64,000 nt of DNA, from the IMG/VR virus record IMGVR_UViG_3300036791_001907, positions 97,482-161,481 of that record; one strand, 5' to 3'. This document shows, piece by piece, positions 36,339 through 45,562 of the stretch. Both the position numbers and the translations under genes were made by a program. This DNA is from a virus. Under the pieces are notes generated by a model, which was not told the DNA's origin, ran no database searches, and saw only the letters and a program-made list of their open reading frames with translations. The number at the start of each line of letters is the position of its first letter. Within the stretch, counting starts at the first letter, position 1.

Positions 36339-36839
36339 TTGGAAGTCTTCGTCGAGCCGGTTCAGCCCCGGACTGTGCGCCAGTCTTCGCGCGATCGCAC
36401 CCCTGGCGATCCGAACGATATGAACCTGATGCGATCATACGGGTTCACTCGCTCCAAGTCCGGGAACTACGTCGGATCGTTCTTCCTCGCGAAGAAGTCC
36501 TCCGACATCACGATCATGGCCAGGATCAACATCTTCCAGAGCGACCGGACGACCAAACCCGGCTGTCCCTGGACATGGTCGATCCAGGTCGTCGAGGGGC
36601 CGCGCAACATGGTCATGGAGCAGCCCGGTTACTCCAACTTCTACTTCGCGAGGCCACACGAGGCCGCGATCAACGTGCAGGACGATCTCCACGCCGGCGG
36701 CTATGTGCCGACGGAGCCCAGGCGATCGCCGGTTATCGCGACGATCGCCGGCAAACAGGCGGTTGCCGAGCGGGTGGCTACGGCCGAGGACCGGGCCTCG
36801 ATCCGGCGGCCGGAACGAACGAGGGTCATCGATACGTGA
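36339..36839 (+). CDS. hypothetical protein
   Basis: AAGGAGGT RBS before TTG; alternative ATG at 36420. Confidence 0.6.
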   Translation: MEVFVEPVQPRTVRQSSRDRTPGDPNDMNLMRSYGFTRSKSGNYVGSFFLAKKSSDITIMARINIFQSDRTTKPGCPWTWSIQVVEGPRNMVMEQPGYSNFYFARPHEAAINVQDDLHAGGYVPTEPRRSPVIATIAGKQAVAERVATAEDRASIRRPERTRVIDT

Positions 36840-36857
36840 CGCCCGGGGAGGGCAGGA

Positions 36858-37550
36858 ATGCCGCGACACAAGCTGGTCAAGGACCCGGCCAACTTCCACC
36901 TCCAGTTCGACCTCAAGCAGCCGTTGCCGGGCCTGAAGTTGGCTCTGGGCGTGGACCTGGGCACCACGACCGGGATCAGCTTCACCTACTTCGACCCGAC
37001 CCAGGCCTGGCTGCCCGGCGAGCGGACCATCTACTCGGGCCAACTCGACCTGTCGGTGGGCGACTTCGACAGCGGCGCGATCCGCTATGTACGGCTCCGC
37101 CAGTTCCTGGCCAAGATCGACCCGGACCTGGTCATGTTCGAGGACGCCCAGTACTACACCAAGGAGAACTTCGGCCCCAAGCCCACCGTGCACCAGGTCA
37201 TCGCCCGCACGGCCCGGCCGATCGAGCTGCTGGGCTCGCTCAAGGCGACCCTGGGCACCTGGTGCGAGGAGCGGAACATCCCGTGCGTCGGCTTTCCGAT
37301 CCAGGCGATCAAGAAGCGGGCCACCAGCAAGGGCAACGCCAACAAGGAAATGGTCATCCGAGCGGCCAACGAGGAATTCGGCTCCGGGCTGGAAGTCGAA
37401 GACTACGAGAAAACAGGAGTCGACAACCTCGCCGACTCGCTATACTGCCTCGTGTTGGGGTTGGAAATGTATTCCCAGGGCTTCTCGGAGGAAGCCCCCA
37501 GGACGTCCAAGCGGAGGATCCAAGATGGCCCGGAAGCCAGCGCGGGGTGA
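36858..37550 (+). CDS. ruvC: RuvC-like Holliday junction resolvase
   Basis: LGVDLGTTTG, MFED, IKKRATSKGNANKEMV, DNLADS. Confidence 0.8.
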   Translation: MPRHKLVKDPANFHLQFDLKQPLPGLKLALGVDLGTTTGISFTYFDPTQAWLPGERTIYSGQLDLSVGDFDSGAIRYVRLRQFLAKIDPDLVMFEDAQYYTKENFGPKPTVHQVIARTARPIELLGSLKATLGTWCEERNIPCVGFPIQAIKKRATSKGNANKEMVIRAANEEFGSGLEVEDYEKTGVDNLADSLYCLVLGLEMYSQGFSEEAPRTSKRRIQDGPEASAG

Positions 37551-38406
37551 CACGTCCGGAACGATCAAGGTCATCGATACTGACGGCGGGCTGCTTTGCC
37601 ATGGCGACTGCGTCGCCGGCATGACCCGGCTGGAAACCGGATCCGTGCCCCTGGTCGTGACCGATCCTCCCTACAACTTCGGGATCGACTACGGCGATCA
37701 CTACGACGACGATCGTCCTCGCGAGGTCTACCTGGCCTGGGCGCAGCAGTGGCTGACCCAGATCGTGCGGGTCCTGACCGAGACCGGCACATTCTGGCTC
37801 TTCATGCCCGATGAGCTGGTCTCCGAGATCGACGTCATGTGCAAGTCCGGGCTCGGGCTGCACAAGCGATCGCACGTGATCTGGACCTATACTTTCGGCG
37901 TCAACTCCGAGAACAAGCTGACCCGCAGCCACGCCCACCTGCTCTACTACATCAAGGATCCGGCCCAGTTCACGTTCAACGTCGACGCCTGCCGCGTCCC
38001 CTCGGCCCGCCAGCTGATCTACAACGACAGGCGGGCCAACCCCGAGGGCCGGCTTCCAGATGACACCTGGATCATCCGGCCCCAGGATCTGCCTGAGGGG
38101 TTCAATGCCAGCGAGACGACCTGGCACTGCCCGCGCATCAACGGCACGTTTAGGAGCCGGGCGGGCACGCCCACCCAGATCCCCGAGCAGCTGATCGGCC
38201 GGATCGTCCGACTCTGCTCCGACGAGGACGACATCGTCCTTGATCCGTTCGGTGGAAGTCTAACGACCGCCGTCGTCGCCAAGAAGCTCGGCCGCCAGTG
38301 GATCAGCTTCGAGCTATCCGAGAAGGACTGTGAGCTTGGTCGCAGGCGGGTTGAGGCTGCGAAGTTCGGCGACCCTCTTGATACACCCAATATTCAGGGG
38401 GGTTGA
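37525..38406 (+). CDS. N4/N6 DNA methyltransferase, beta class (orphan)
   Basis: HGDC, TDPPYN before HPTQ-like PTQIPE and VLDPFGGSLTT; GGAGG RBS. Confidence 0.92.
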   Translation: MARKPARGDTSGTIKVIDTDGGLLCHGDCVAGMTRLETGSVPLVVTDPPYNFGIDYGDHYDDDRPREVYLAWAQQWLTQIVRVLTETGTFWLFMPDELVSEIDVMCKSGLGLHKRSHVIWTYTFGVNSENKLTRSHAHLLYYIKDPAQFTFNVDACRVPSARQLIYNDRRANPEGRLPDDTWIIRPQDLPEGFNASETTWHCPRINGTFRSRAGTPTQIPEQLIGRIVRLCSDEDDIVLDPFGGSLTTAVVAKKLGRQWISFELSEKDCELGRRRVEAAKFGDPLDTPNIQGG

Positions 38407-38452
38407 AGGTGTTGTTCCAGCGCTGGTACTATCCCCACACGGAGGTATCAAC

Positions 38453-39022
38453 ATGGACATCATCTGCGGCAATCCGCCGTGCTCCAAGCCAGCCAGGGCC
38501 GACAAGCACGGCAAGCCGTTGAAGTACTGTTCGATCGAATGCGAGAAGGACGATCGAAGGGTCAGGATGCAGGGCAACAAGTTCCGTCGTGGGCTGAAGC
38601 CGGCTAATGCCTTTGCGAAGGGTCATGCGACCTGGAACAAGGACATGAAGGGGATCCATCTCAGCCCCGATAGCGAATGGGTCCCTGGCCAACCGGGACT
38701 GCATAAGGTGCCGGTTGGCACGGTCACGATCCGTTACGACAACGAGACAGGGACGCCGCGAGCCTGGATCAAGGTTGCTGAGCCGGCGAAGTGGCTGCCG
38801 CGCGCGGTGGTAACGTGGACGGCCGCAGGCCGGAAGATCCCGAAGGGGAAGTTCCTGCATCACAAGGATGGTGATGCGACCAATGATGGGCCGGGATCAT
38901 TGGATAACCTTGAACTGGTTACCAGAGCCGAACATCTGGAGATCCATCGTCCTGACTTTGAGACGAGGCGACTTATTGGCTTGCGGGCGGCTACGGCCAA
39001 GAAGCGGGCCAAGAAGTGCTGA
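38453..39022 (+). CDS. free-standing HNH endonuclease
   Basis: HHKDGDATND..LDNLELVTRAEHLEIH; N-terminal C...C..YCSIEC and FAKGHATWNK; less GC3-biased codons. Confidence 0.85.
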   Translation: MDIICGNPPCSKPARADKHGKPLKYCSIECEKDDRRVRMQGNKFRRGLKPANAFAKGHATWNKDMKGIHLSPDSEWVPGQPGLHKVPVGTVTIRYDNETGTPRAWIKVAEPAKWLPRAVVTWTAAGRKIPKGKFLHHKDGDATNDGPGSLDNLELVTRAEHLEIHRPDFETRRLIGLRAATAKKRAKKC

Positions 39023-39181
39023 TGCACCAGGGCGGCTAGGTTGCCCAGGGGAAGGGGCCCGCGTGGTCGGGCCCTTACCGCTTCCGCAGGGGGCGTGCCC
39101 ACCCGGTTGATGTACGCCGGGATCACTCAGCGACGTCCGGGGAGACCCAGCGGCCCCCGGGCACAGGGAGGAAGCTGAGCG

Positions 39182-40858
39182 ATGCCGCGGACCCCTGAGG
39201 AGAAGGCCCGCTATCTCGAGTACATCAACCATTCGCCGCTGTGGCAGGAGAAGCGGTATGCGGTTGTCGTGGTGCGGGCCGGCGACATCTGCGAGTTCAT
39301 GGTCGAGGACGGCACGAATGCCGACGGTACGCCCCGCCGGTATCGGTGCACGTCCCGGGCGGATCACTGCCATCACCTGACCTACGCGCATCTCTACAAC
39401 GAGCCGCTGGAGGACCTCCAGGCGCTCTGCAACCTGCACCACAAGGCGGTGCATATCTGGAGAAAACGGCATCAATGCCGGTGCGGCCGCGCGGTCTTCG
39501 ACAACATCGAGGATGCCGTTGAGTTCGTCGCGGAGGACGAACGTCTGGACTGGGAAGACCTCTACGACCAGATGCCGACCATGTGCGCACGGTGCATCCA
39601 GGCCGCAATAGACGCCAGGCTACACCATTCGGAGCCCTGTGCGGGCCAAGGACGTCAGGGCGGACGATCTCATGAGCATGTCAACCATTCGGGGCGATCA
39701 AACGGGCATTGCACGTCAGGCCCCGGTGTGAGGACCACGATGAGCAACAGCAGCATCAAGCCGCTCACCGGCGGCAACCGCGACGACGAAGGCGACGCGG
39801 GCGGCGCCGTCGAGCGCGACAACCATGTCAAGATCAAGCCGATCAATGCCGGCATCGAAGTCATCTGGCACCGCTGGCTGGACCAGGAGCAGATGATCGC
39901 GAGCCACGGCGTCACGTTCGACTACGTCGAGCATGTTCCGCTCACCGATGTCGACTGGAAGAAGAGCCAAACGAACCCCGGGCGGTTCGGGCCGCGGATC
40001 ATCGAGGAGACCGTCGAAGGCATCGTGCTGCATGCCCGGCAGTTCCGGCGCGTGTACTTGCCGGCGCTGATCGCCTGGCGGCCCGGTGGTCCGGGGACGA
40101 AGCTGCTCTGCGGCGACGGCCTCAACCGCAGCGCCGCCTTGCATGAGCTGGAGCAGAAGTTCGCGGCGATGTACATCCTGAACAACCCGGGACCGAAGCA
40201 GGCCGCGGCGGTCATCCGGGGGGCCAACTCCCTGGTGGGCAAGGGCGATAACCAGGAGGAGAAGATCCAGAAGGCGATCGCGCACTACTGGGAGAACCAG
40301 CCGTACTGCACCTTCGAGCAGGCCGCCGCGAGTGCCAAGATCAAGCCCGGCCCCCTGATCTTGCGGGTGAGGTCCGCCGAACTCAAGCAGCGGTTCTCAC
40401 CCGACGGCGAAACGCCGGTCCCGGGTTACGAGGAACTCACTGATACGGCGCTGCTCAACCTGAGCAATATCGCGAACTCCACCGTGTGCCAGCAGGCGGC
40501 CATCGGGCTGCTTACCATCCCCCACCACAGCCATACCCACGCCGAGCGGCTCAAGCAGGCGATCAAGAAGACCAGGCCCTCCAACGAGCAGGCGATGCTG
40601 ATCACCGTTGCGACCGAGATCGCCATCTACGCGAAGGAGCAGGCGTCGGTGGCGGGGCGCAAGCACGGCGGGCCCGCGTCGCGGCAGCAGAAGCTGCTGA
40701 AGGCCACGAGGCAGCTCAACCGGGTATACAAGGAGACCCTCGTCAAGGGAGTGGACATCAGGGACATCTTGACTGATGCAGCGAGCCGCATCGAGTTTGC
40801 GGAGCTGCGCAAGGAGAACAACATCTTCGAGCAGAGGTTCATGAAGGGGTCATTCTGA
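39182..40858 (+). CDS. ORF joining an HNH endonuclease (N-term) and a ParB/Srx-like protein (internal start 39740)
   Basis: SPLWQEKR..CE...HHLTY..LYNE.LEDLQALC..HH..VH; later LLCGDGLNRSAA; GAGG RBS before ATG 39740. Confidence 0.65.
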   Translation: MPRTPEEKARYLEYINHSPLWQEKRYAVVVVRAGDICEFMVEDGTNADGTPRRYRCTSRADHCHHLTYAHLYNEPLEDLQALCNLHHKAVHIWRKRHQCRCGRAVFDNIEDAVEFVAEDERLDWEDLYDQMPTMCARCIQAAIDARLHHSEPCAGQGRQGGRSHEHVNHSGRSNGHCTSGPGVRTTMSNSSIKPLTGGNRDDEGDAGGAVERDNHVKIKPINAGIEVIWHRWLDQEQMIASHGVTFDYVEHVPLTDVDWKKSQTNPGRFGPRIIEETVEGIVLHARQFRRVYLPALIAWRPGGPGTKLLCGDGLNRSAALHELEQKFAAMYILNNPGPKQAAAVIRGANSLVGKGDNQEEKIQKAIAHYWENQPYCTFEQAAASAKIKPGPLILRVRSAELKQRFSPDGETPVPGYEELTDTALLNLSNIANSTVCQQAAIGLLTIPHHSHTHAERLKQAIKKTRPSNEQAMLITVATEIAIYAKEQASVAGRKHGGPASRQQKLLKATRQLNRVYKETLVKGVDIRDILTDAASRIEFAELRKENNIFEQRFMKGSF

Positions 40859-41586
40859 TGGCAGGAGGGAAACCCAGGCAGATCCAGGCCGATGGTCTGG
40901 AACGCGATGGCAACCCGGTACCCCGGGCCATGCTCCGCGAGGTCTTCGGCGACGGCAAGTGGCGGACGATACACGATATGGATGTCGCGCTCGGAGACCG
41001 GATCCCGGACTGGCTTGCCGACCGCGCCATGCTCGGTAAGCCGGGGATGGCCAAGAAGACGCTCGAGCAGCGGATCAAGTCCGGGCGAAACTACTTCATC
41101 CGGGAGACAGTCAACGCGGCCGTCCATAGCAAGGTTTTCGAGGCCCGCAAGCGCGGTAAGAAGCGGGAGTACCGTTGTATCAGGCCGCTGCCGTCCCGGG
41201 TGCGGGTGGGCACCAAGCTGTCGCCGACGGCAATGGCCGAACCATCGGCCGGCACGCAATACGGCGTCAGCCGCCAGCATGTCTACCAGACCATCATGGA
41301 GAACCCCGGCTGCACCGTCGACTTCCTGATCACCAAGCTGATGCCCTGCATGATCGATGCCAAGATCATCAGGCGCTACATCAGCGAGACGGTACGGCGG
41401 AGCAAGGACAAGCGCCGTACCAACAAGGTCGTGACCCGTGCTGAGCTGGCGGCGAGCTACGCCGCCGATCCGGATCCCTTTCTGGCCGAGGCCAGGAAGT
41501 ATGTCGTTCGGCTGGTCATCAGCAACCTGAAGAATGACCACCCGGTCATCGAGGAGCGTACGTTCCGGATCGCGGAGAAGAAGTGA
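40858..41586 (+). CDS. hypothetical basic protein
   Basis: TGATG coupling; ORF. Confidence 0.65.
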   Translation: MAGGKPRQIQADGLERDGNPVPRAMLREVFGDGKWRTIHDMDVALGDRIPDWLADRAMLGKPGMAKKTLEQRIKSGRNYFIRETVNAAVHSKVFEARKRGKKREYRCIRPLPSRVRVGTKLSPTAMAEPSAGTQYGVSRQHVYQTIMENPGCTVDFLITKLMPCMIDAKIIRRYISETVRRSKDKRRTNKVVTRAELAASYAADPDPFLAEARKYVVRLVISNLKNDHPVIEERTFRIAEKK

Positions 41587-41617
41587 CGAAATGGATCGTA
41601 ACCTGAAAGGAGAACGC

Positions 41618-41860
41618 ATGGCGGAGACAGGCGTCCTGGAGATCATGGACCACAACGGCGACACCAAGCTCGAGTGGTCCCAGGCCAACGATGTCGAGGT
41701 TGAGGCAGCGCGGAACAGCTTCGCGCTGCACCGGAAAAAAGGTTATATCGCGTACAAGCTCCGCGCCGACGGTACTCGCGGTGAGGTCATCACCGAGTTC
41801 GATCCGGCCGCCGAGCGGATCGTCATGGCACCGCCGGTGCGGGGAGGTGGCTTTGCCTAA
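41618..41860 (+). CDS. small beta-rich protein ending PPVRGGGFA
   Basis: AAAGGAG RBS; GDTKLEW, GYIAY, EFDPAAERIVMAPP..GG. Confidence 0.75.
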   Translation: MAETGVLEIMDHNGDTKLEWSQANDVEVEAARNSFALHRKKGYIAYKLRADGTRGEVITEFDPAAERIVMAPPVRGGGFA

Positions 41861-42617
41861 CGCGATCTGGGAAGGGGAATTGACTCTCACCGATGGGGAC
41901 TGCATGCGACTCAAGGACTTCGTCTGGGGTGTCGACACGGCAGCTGCAATGACAGATCAGACCAATACCTTGTTCGCCGTCAGTGGGCGGGACGGCCGGG
42001 TGATCAGCGCCACCGTCAACTGGGGGCCCGACACGATGGAGACCGATTGCACCGGTGATGGGATCTACTACCGGCCCCTGATCCCGTACCGGAACCGTCC
42101 CGTGCGGATCACCTGGCGAACGCTCAGTGACTCTACTGGCGCCCCGGTTCCATGCTTCAACTGGGCCGACCTCCAGGAGATCGACTATTGCGAGACATGC
42201 CGTCATGACGAGGTGATCAGGAACATGGGCGCAGCTCACGAGACACCATTTCTGTGCGTTCCGGGCGTCGAGCCGGCCCCGGACGTGAAAGCGGCAGCGC
42301 GCCGCGCCAGGGACCTGCTGATGTCGCTTCTGTCGCCGGCGCAGCGCGATATGTTCCGGAAGGAACAGGCGATCATCGTGGTTGCCGCCTCGGGCACTTG
42401 CTACCGACTCCGGAGCGGTAACGTCAACAACATCGATCAGCTCGATGCCAATGGGACTCCGTCCCAGAGGCTCTGCGTTCACCCGGTGGGAGTGCCGCTG
42501 GATGACAGCCTGGCGACCCAGTTGCTGGGCCTGATGTACGATGAGCAGGGAATTCGGCTTAAGGCCAACATCACCGACGTCAAGACGGGCCGTCTGATCC
42601 AGAGTGCGGCCGCCTGA
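41853..42617 (+). CDS. hypothetical protein with C-terminal LCVHP..P.DD domain, coupled to upstream small protein
   Basis: GGAGGT RBS before TTG, overlapping upstream gene. Confidence 0.65.
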   Translation: MPNAIWEGELTLTDGDCMRLKDFVWGVDTAAAMTDQTNTLFAVSGRDGRVISATVNWGPDTMETDCTGDGIYYRPLIPYRNRPVRITWRTLSDSTGAPVPCFNWADLQEIDYCETCRHDEVIRNMGAAHETPFLCVPGVEPAPDVKAAARRARDLLMSLLSPAQRDMFRKEQAIIVVAASGTCYRLRSGNVNNIDQLDANGTPSQRLCVHPVGVPLDDSLATQLLGLMYDEQGIRLKANITDVKTGRLIQSAAA

Positions 42618-42678
42618 GATCACCAGCGATCAAAGGAGGAATATCGACAACTAAGGGAATAACCGCGTATGCTCTCGG

Positions 42679-42727
42679 AGCCGCCGCCCGCCATGCTGCG
42701 CAGCTGGCCGGCGGCGGCTGGTTTTTT
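42679..42727 (+). terminator. intrinsic terminator
   Basis: AGCCGCCGCC/GGCGGCGGCT stem then GG-T6-CAGCT. Confidence 0.65.
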
Positions 42728-42754
42728 CAGCTGGATAACTTTAAGGAGCGACTC

Positions 42755-43258
42755 GTGCAATTACTGAAAAGCCTGCGGGCCGCGATACAGAACCCGGCCG
42801 AATGGGACATGGTCCACCTGGCGACAGTCGCCACGGCCACGATCGCCGTTTATGAGCGTCATCTCTTCGTCTATGAAGAGCTGACCGCCCAGCTGATCGC
42901 AGCTTCTGACCAACTGGATCGGGCCGATCTAACTCCCGATGAGGTCATCGCTGGCGCCGCTGCTCTGGGGGTGGCGGTTCGTGCCTTCAAACTCCAGCGT
43001 CCGTTGCTCACCGGCCGTCGCCGGGCCGGCCGGCGCACCATGGACACGTTCGTGATCGGCCGCCGTTATAAGACCAAGATGCTGTTCGCCCGGCCGTACG
43101 TGCTGCGGGATAGCACGCTTTATGTCTACGATCAGCCGACGCAACCCGGGCGCGAGGCGGTCGTGTGGGAATTCCAGCGGGCCGTGGGCAACCGCTGGGG
43201 GTGCGCCGGCGTGGGCCGGTACGATCTGCCCCAGTATGCCGGGATGTTCCCGGTGTGA
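42755..43258 (+). CDS. hypothetical protein
   Basis: TAAGGAG RBS, GTG start. Confidence 0.6.
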   Translation: MQLLKSLRAAIQNPAEWDMVHLATVATATIAVYERHLFVYEELTAQLIAASDQLDRADLTPDEVIAGAAALGVAVRAFKLQRPLLTGRRRAGRRTMDTFVIGRRYKTKMLFARPYVLRDSTLYVYDQPTQPGREAVVWEFQRAVGNRWGCAGVGRYDLPQYAGMFPV

Positions 43259-43863
43259 TCAGGTCCGTCAGTTGCGCCGGCGCGTGGCCGGCGCAGCGGG
43301 TGGACCGCAGGATCTTTTTTACGAGGAGCGAATGGATGACGTTGGTCGAACGGATGCGGGCGGGGATGAAGGATCCAGCCAAGCTGGCGGGAGTTCTGGA
43401 GTCGATCATCGTCCTGGATTCGCTGGCGGAGAAACTTGCCAGCTTGTATTTCGGGGTCCGTCCAGACTGGGAAGCATCGTTGACCAATGCGGCGCTTGCC
43501 CGCGGTCTCGATGAGCTGTACCTGACCATCGCAGCTGTGTGCAATGTACATGGTTATGGCGATCCCGTGTCGATCACCAGGGAGGGGATCGCGCGGATCG
43601 CCGACGATGACGAAGACGGAAGAAAGCTGATCCATTACGACCGGCTGGATCCCGCGCAGGCGCCACCGTTGCCGATGCTCATGACATGCCCGAATTGCCA
43701 GCGCACCGGCAGGGTTGTGGAAGGCGTGAGCTGGGTCACCTATGTGCATACGGCGGATCGCGATGGCGACAAGGAGTGGCCCCGCCACTACTGTCAGCTG
43801 TACCACGACGGTCGCAGAATGAACGTTGTCATTCCTGTACAGTCCAGCAAGGAGGACAAGTAA
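43255..43863 (+). CDS. hypothetical protein (alternative start 43332)
   Basis: GTGA overlap; CPNC motif. Confidence 0.55.
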   Translation: MIRSVSCAGAWPAQRVDRRIFFTRSEWMTLVERMRAGMKDPAKLAGVLESIIVLDSLAEKLASLYFGVRPDWEASLTNAALARGLDELYLTIAAVCNVHGYGDPVSITREGIARIADDDEDGRKLIHYDRLDPAQAPPLPMLMTCPNCQRTGRVVEGVSWVTYVHTADRDGDKEWPRHYCQLYHDGRRMNVVIPVQSSKEDK

Positions 43864-43865
43864 GC

Positions 43866-44495
43866 ATGAGTCCGATCACAGAAGGCTTTGAGAACTATCG
43901 GGCGACGCTCCGGCATGTGGAGTCGGCATTGCGTGAATTGGCATCAGTGGCCCGCGAGGCACGTCCCTGTGCGCGCGTGCTGGCAGACGGTGCGGTCCGC
44001 GTCGCGGCCGAGGCAGTGCGCAACATGGCACTGGTCGCGGCGGTGGGCGGATCGGATCGTCACGAATGGCTGATGGATTGTGTCCGCCGGCTCCAGGAGA
44101 TCGACAGCGCGTCCTTCCACGAGGAGGGACGATACATCAAGGAAGAGGTCTTGCATGTGATCTCCGGTCCGTCCAGCCAGTGGCGCCACCACAAGGCTGG
44201 TGAGGGCGCCATGATGGCCCTGATCGATGCTCGGTTCATCGCCCGACTGGGAGCCAAGGAGGACATCGCCTACAGCGATGTCTCTGTGATGGTCAAGCAT
44301 GTCGTTGCCGTCGCGGTATGGGCGGTGATCGTCGGTGACTTTGCCGCCGACAGCGGCGCTCTTGGTGCTTTCCGCCGCCGTGAGGCGGGCCTGGCGCTGC
44401 TTCATCTGGTCACCGAAATGTACCAGGTCGTCTCGCCGGGCAGCGTCCCTGTCTGGAGGAGCCATGAACTTCGATCAGACGAGTCCTTGCGCTGA
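43866..44495 (+). CDS. hypothetical helical protein
   Basis: AAGGAGG RBS. Confidence 0.6.
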   Translation: MSPITEGFENYRATLRHVESALRELASVAREARPCARVLADGAVRVAAEAVRNMALVAAVGGSDRHEWLMDCVRRLQEIDSASFHEEGRYIKEEVLHVISGPSSQWRHHKAGEGAMMALIDARFIARLGAKEDIAYSDVSVMVKHVVAVAVWAVIVGDFAADSGALGAFRRREAGLALLHLVTEMYQVVSPGSVPVWRSHELRSDESLR

Positions 44496-44847
44496 CTGTC
44501 CCTTCCGCCGCGGCAAGCATGCGATCCGGCTTCATCCTGGCAGGGTCGAGGAGATCGCCGGCAACATGCTCGACGTGAACGGCGGGACTTTCAGCTGCCA
44601 CAAGGAAACCCACGGGCGGACCACCGCCCGTGGGTATCGCGCCTCGGTCAACGACGTGCACTGCGCCGGCGCCCTGATCTTCGCCGAGCGTAACGATAAC
44701 CAGACCCGATCGATGCAGATCGCCAAACGGCTGGGTCTTTACGATCCCAGCCAGTTTCGCAGTGTCCACCAGCGGCGGCTGATCTTCGCGACCATCGAGG
44801 AGATGCTCGCGACGGCCCTCCAGGAGCGACGCCATGGCCACAAGTAA
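44464..44847 (+). CDS. Cys-rich metal-binding phage protein (DUF6283-like)
   Basis: PCADCPFRR, FSCHK, HCAGA; GGAGG RBS. Confidence 0.7.
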   Translation: MNFDQTSPCADCPFRRGKHAIRLHPGRVEEIAGNMLDVNGGTFSCHKETHGRTTARGYRASVNDVHCAGALIFAERNDNQTRSMQIAKRLGLYDPSQFRSVHQRRLIFATIEEMLATALQERRHGHK

Positions 44848-45562
44848 GCGAAAGTTCATCACGTGGACCTACGTGGACGAAGCCACGAACAAGGAGTACC
44901 CGATCCAGGTCTACGCGCTGGTCGAGAACGATAACAAGGTCTCATTCGAGGCCGAGGTCAAGCTCCCGGTCCAGTTCACCGACCGGGACGAGAACGCCAA
45001 CGTGCTCCGGGCGCGGGTCTTTGCCCGCTGCGCCGCAGACCGGAGACTCGTGTGGGAGCCTTACATCATGATCACCGTCAGCAAGGAGGATCATGGCCGC
45101 GATCCGCTGAAGTTTGATCCGGCGCGCCGAAACTACCTGGGTATCGGGCTTTTGTTCGAGACCTTCGAGTCGGCCCTGATGCCCGATGGTACGCGGATCT
45201 GGCGCGGGATCGCAGGCAAGTCCACCCGGTTCAGCACCCAGGCCAGGCCCGGCTGGCCGCCGACCGGTCTGAGCGACCGTGGGAGCATGTCTCACTACTT
45301 CAAGGATATGCCTGAGAACCGAAAGCTACTCCGGTTGCTCGCTACGCTGTTTTCGTGTGTCGGCTACGGTCTCCAGACCGCGGCTGATCCGACACGAGCC
45401 GATGCAGTCCAGGCCATGTTCCATGCCGGTGACTTCGATGGCGACGATATGGGTATCTGGGGCCGGTTGGCCAGGCTGGCTACTGACAAGGAGACTTCAT
45501 GCCCGGAGAACGAGTCGAATTCGGCGTCACCCGCACCCAGTGCACCTGCCGGGCCTGCGTGA
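44834..45562 (+). CDS. hypothetical protein
   Basis: AGGAG RBS; ORF. Confidence 0.65.
   Translation: MATSKRKFITWTYVDEATNKEYPIQVYALVENDNKVSFEAEVKLPVQFTDRDENANVLRARVFARCAADRRLVWEPYIMITVSKEDHGRDPLKFDPARRNYLGIGLLFETFESALMPDGTRIWRGIAGKSTRFSTQARPGWPPTGLSDRGSMSHYFKDMPENRKLLRLLATLFSCVGYGLQTAADPTRADAVQAMFHAGDFDGDDMGIWGRLARLATDKETSCPENESNSASPAPSAPAGPA

Noticed and set aside
37525-39022. Type II restriction-modification pair
   Set aside because: The nuclease has homing-type HNH architecture and different codon usage; an orphan MTase plus mobile HNH is simpler
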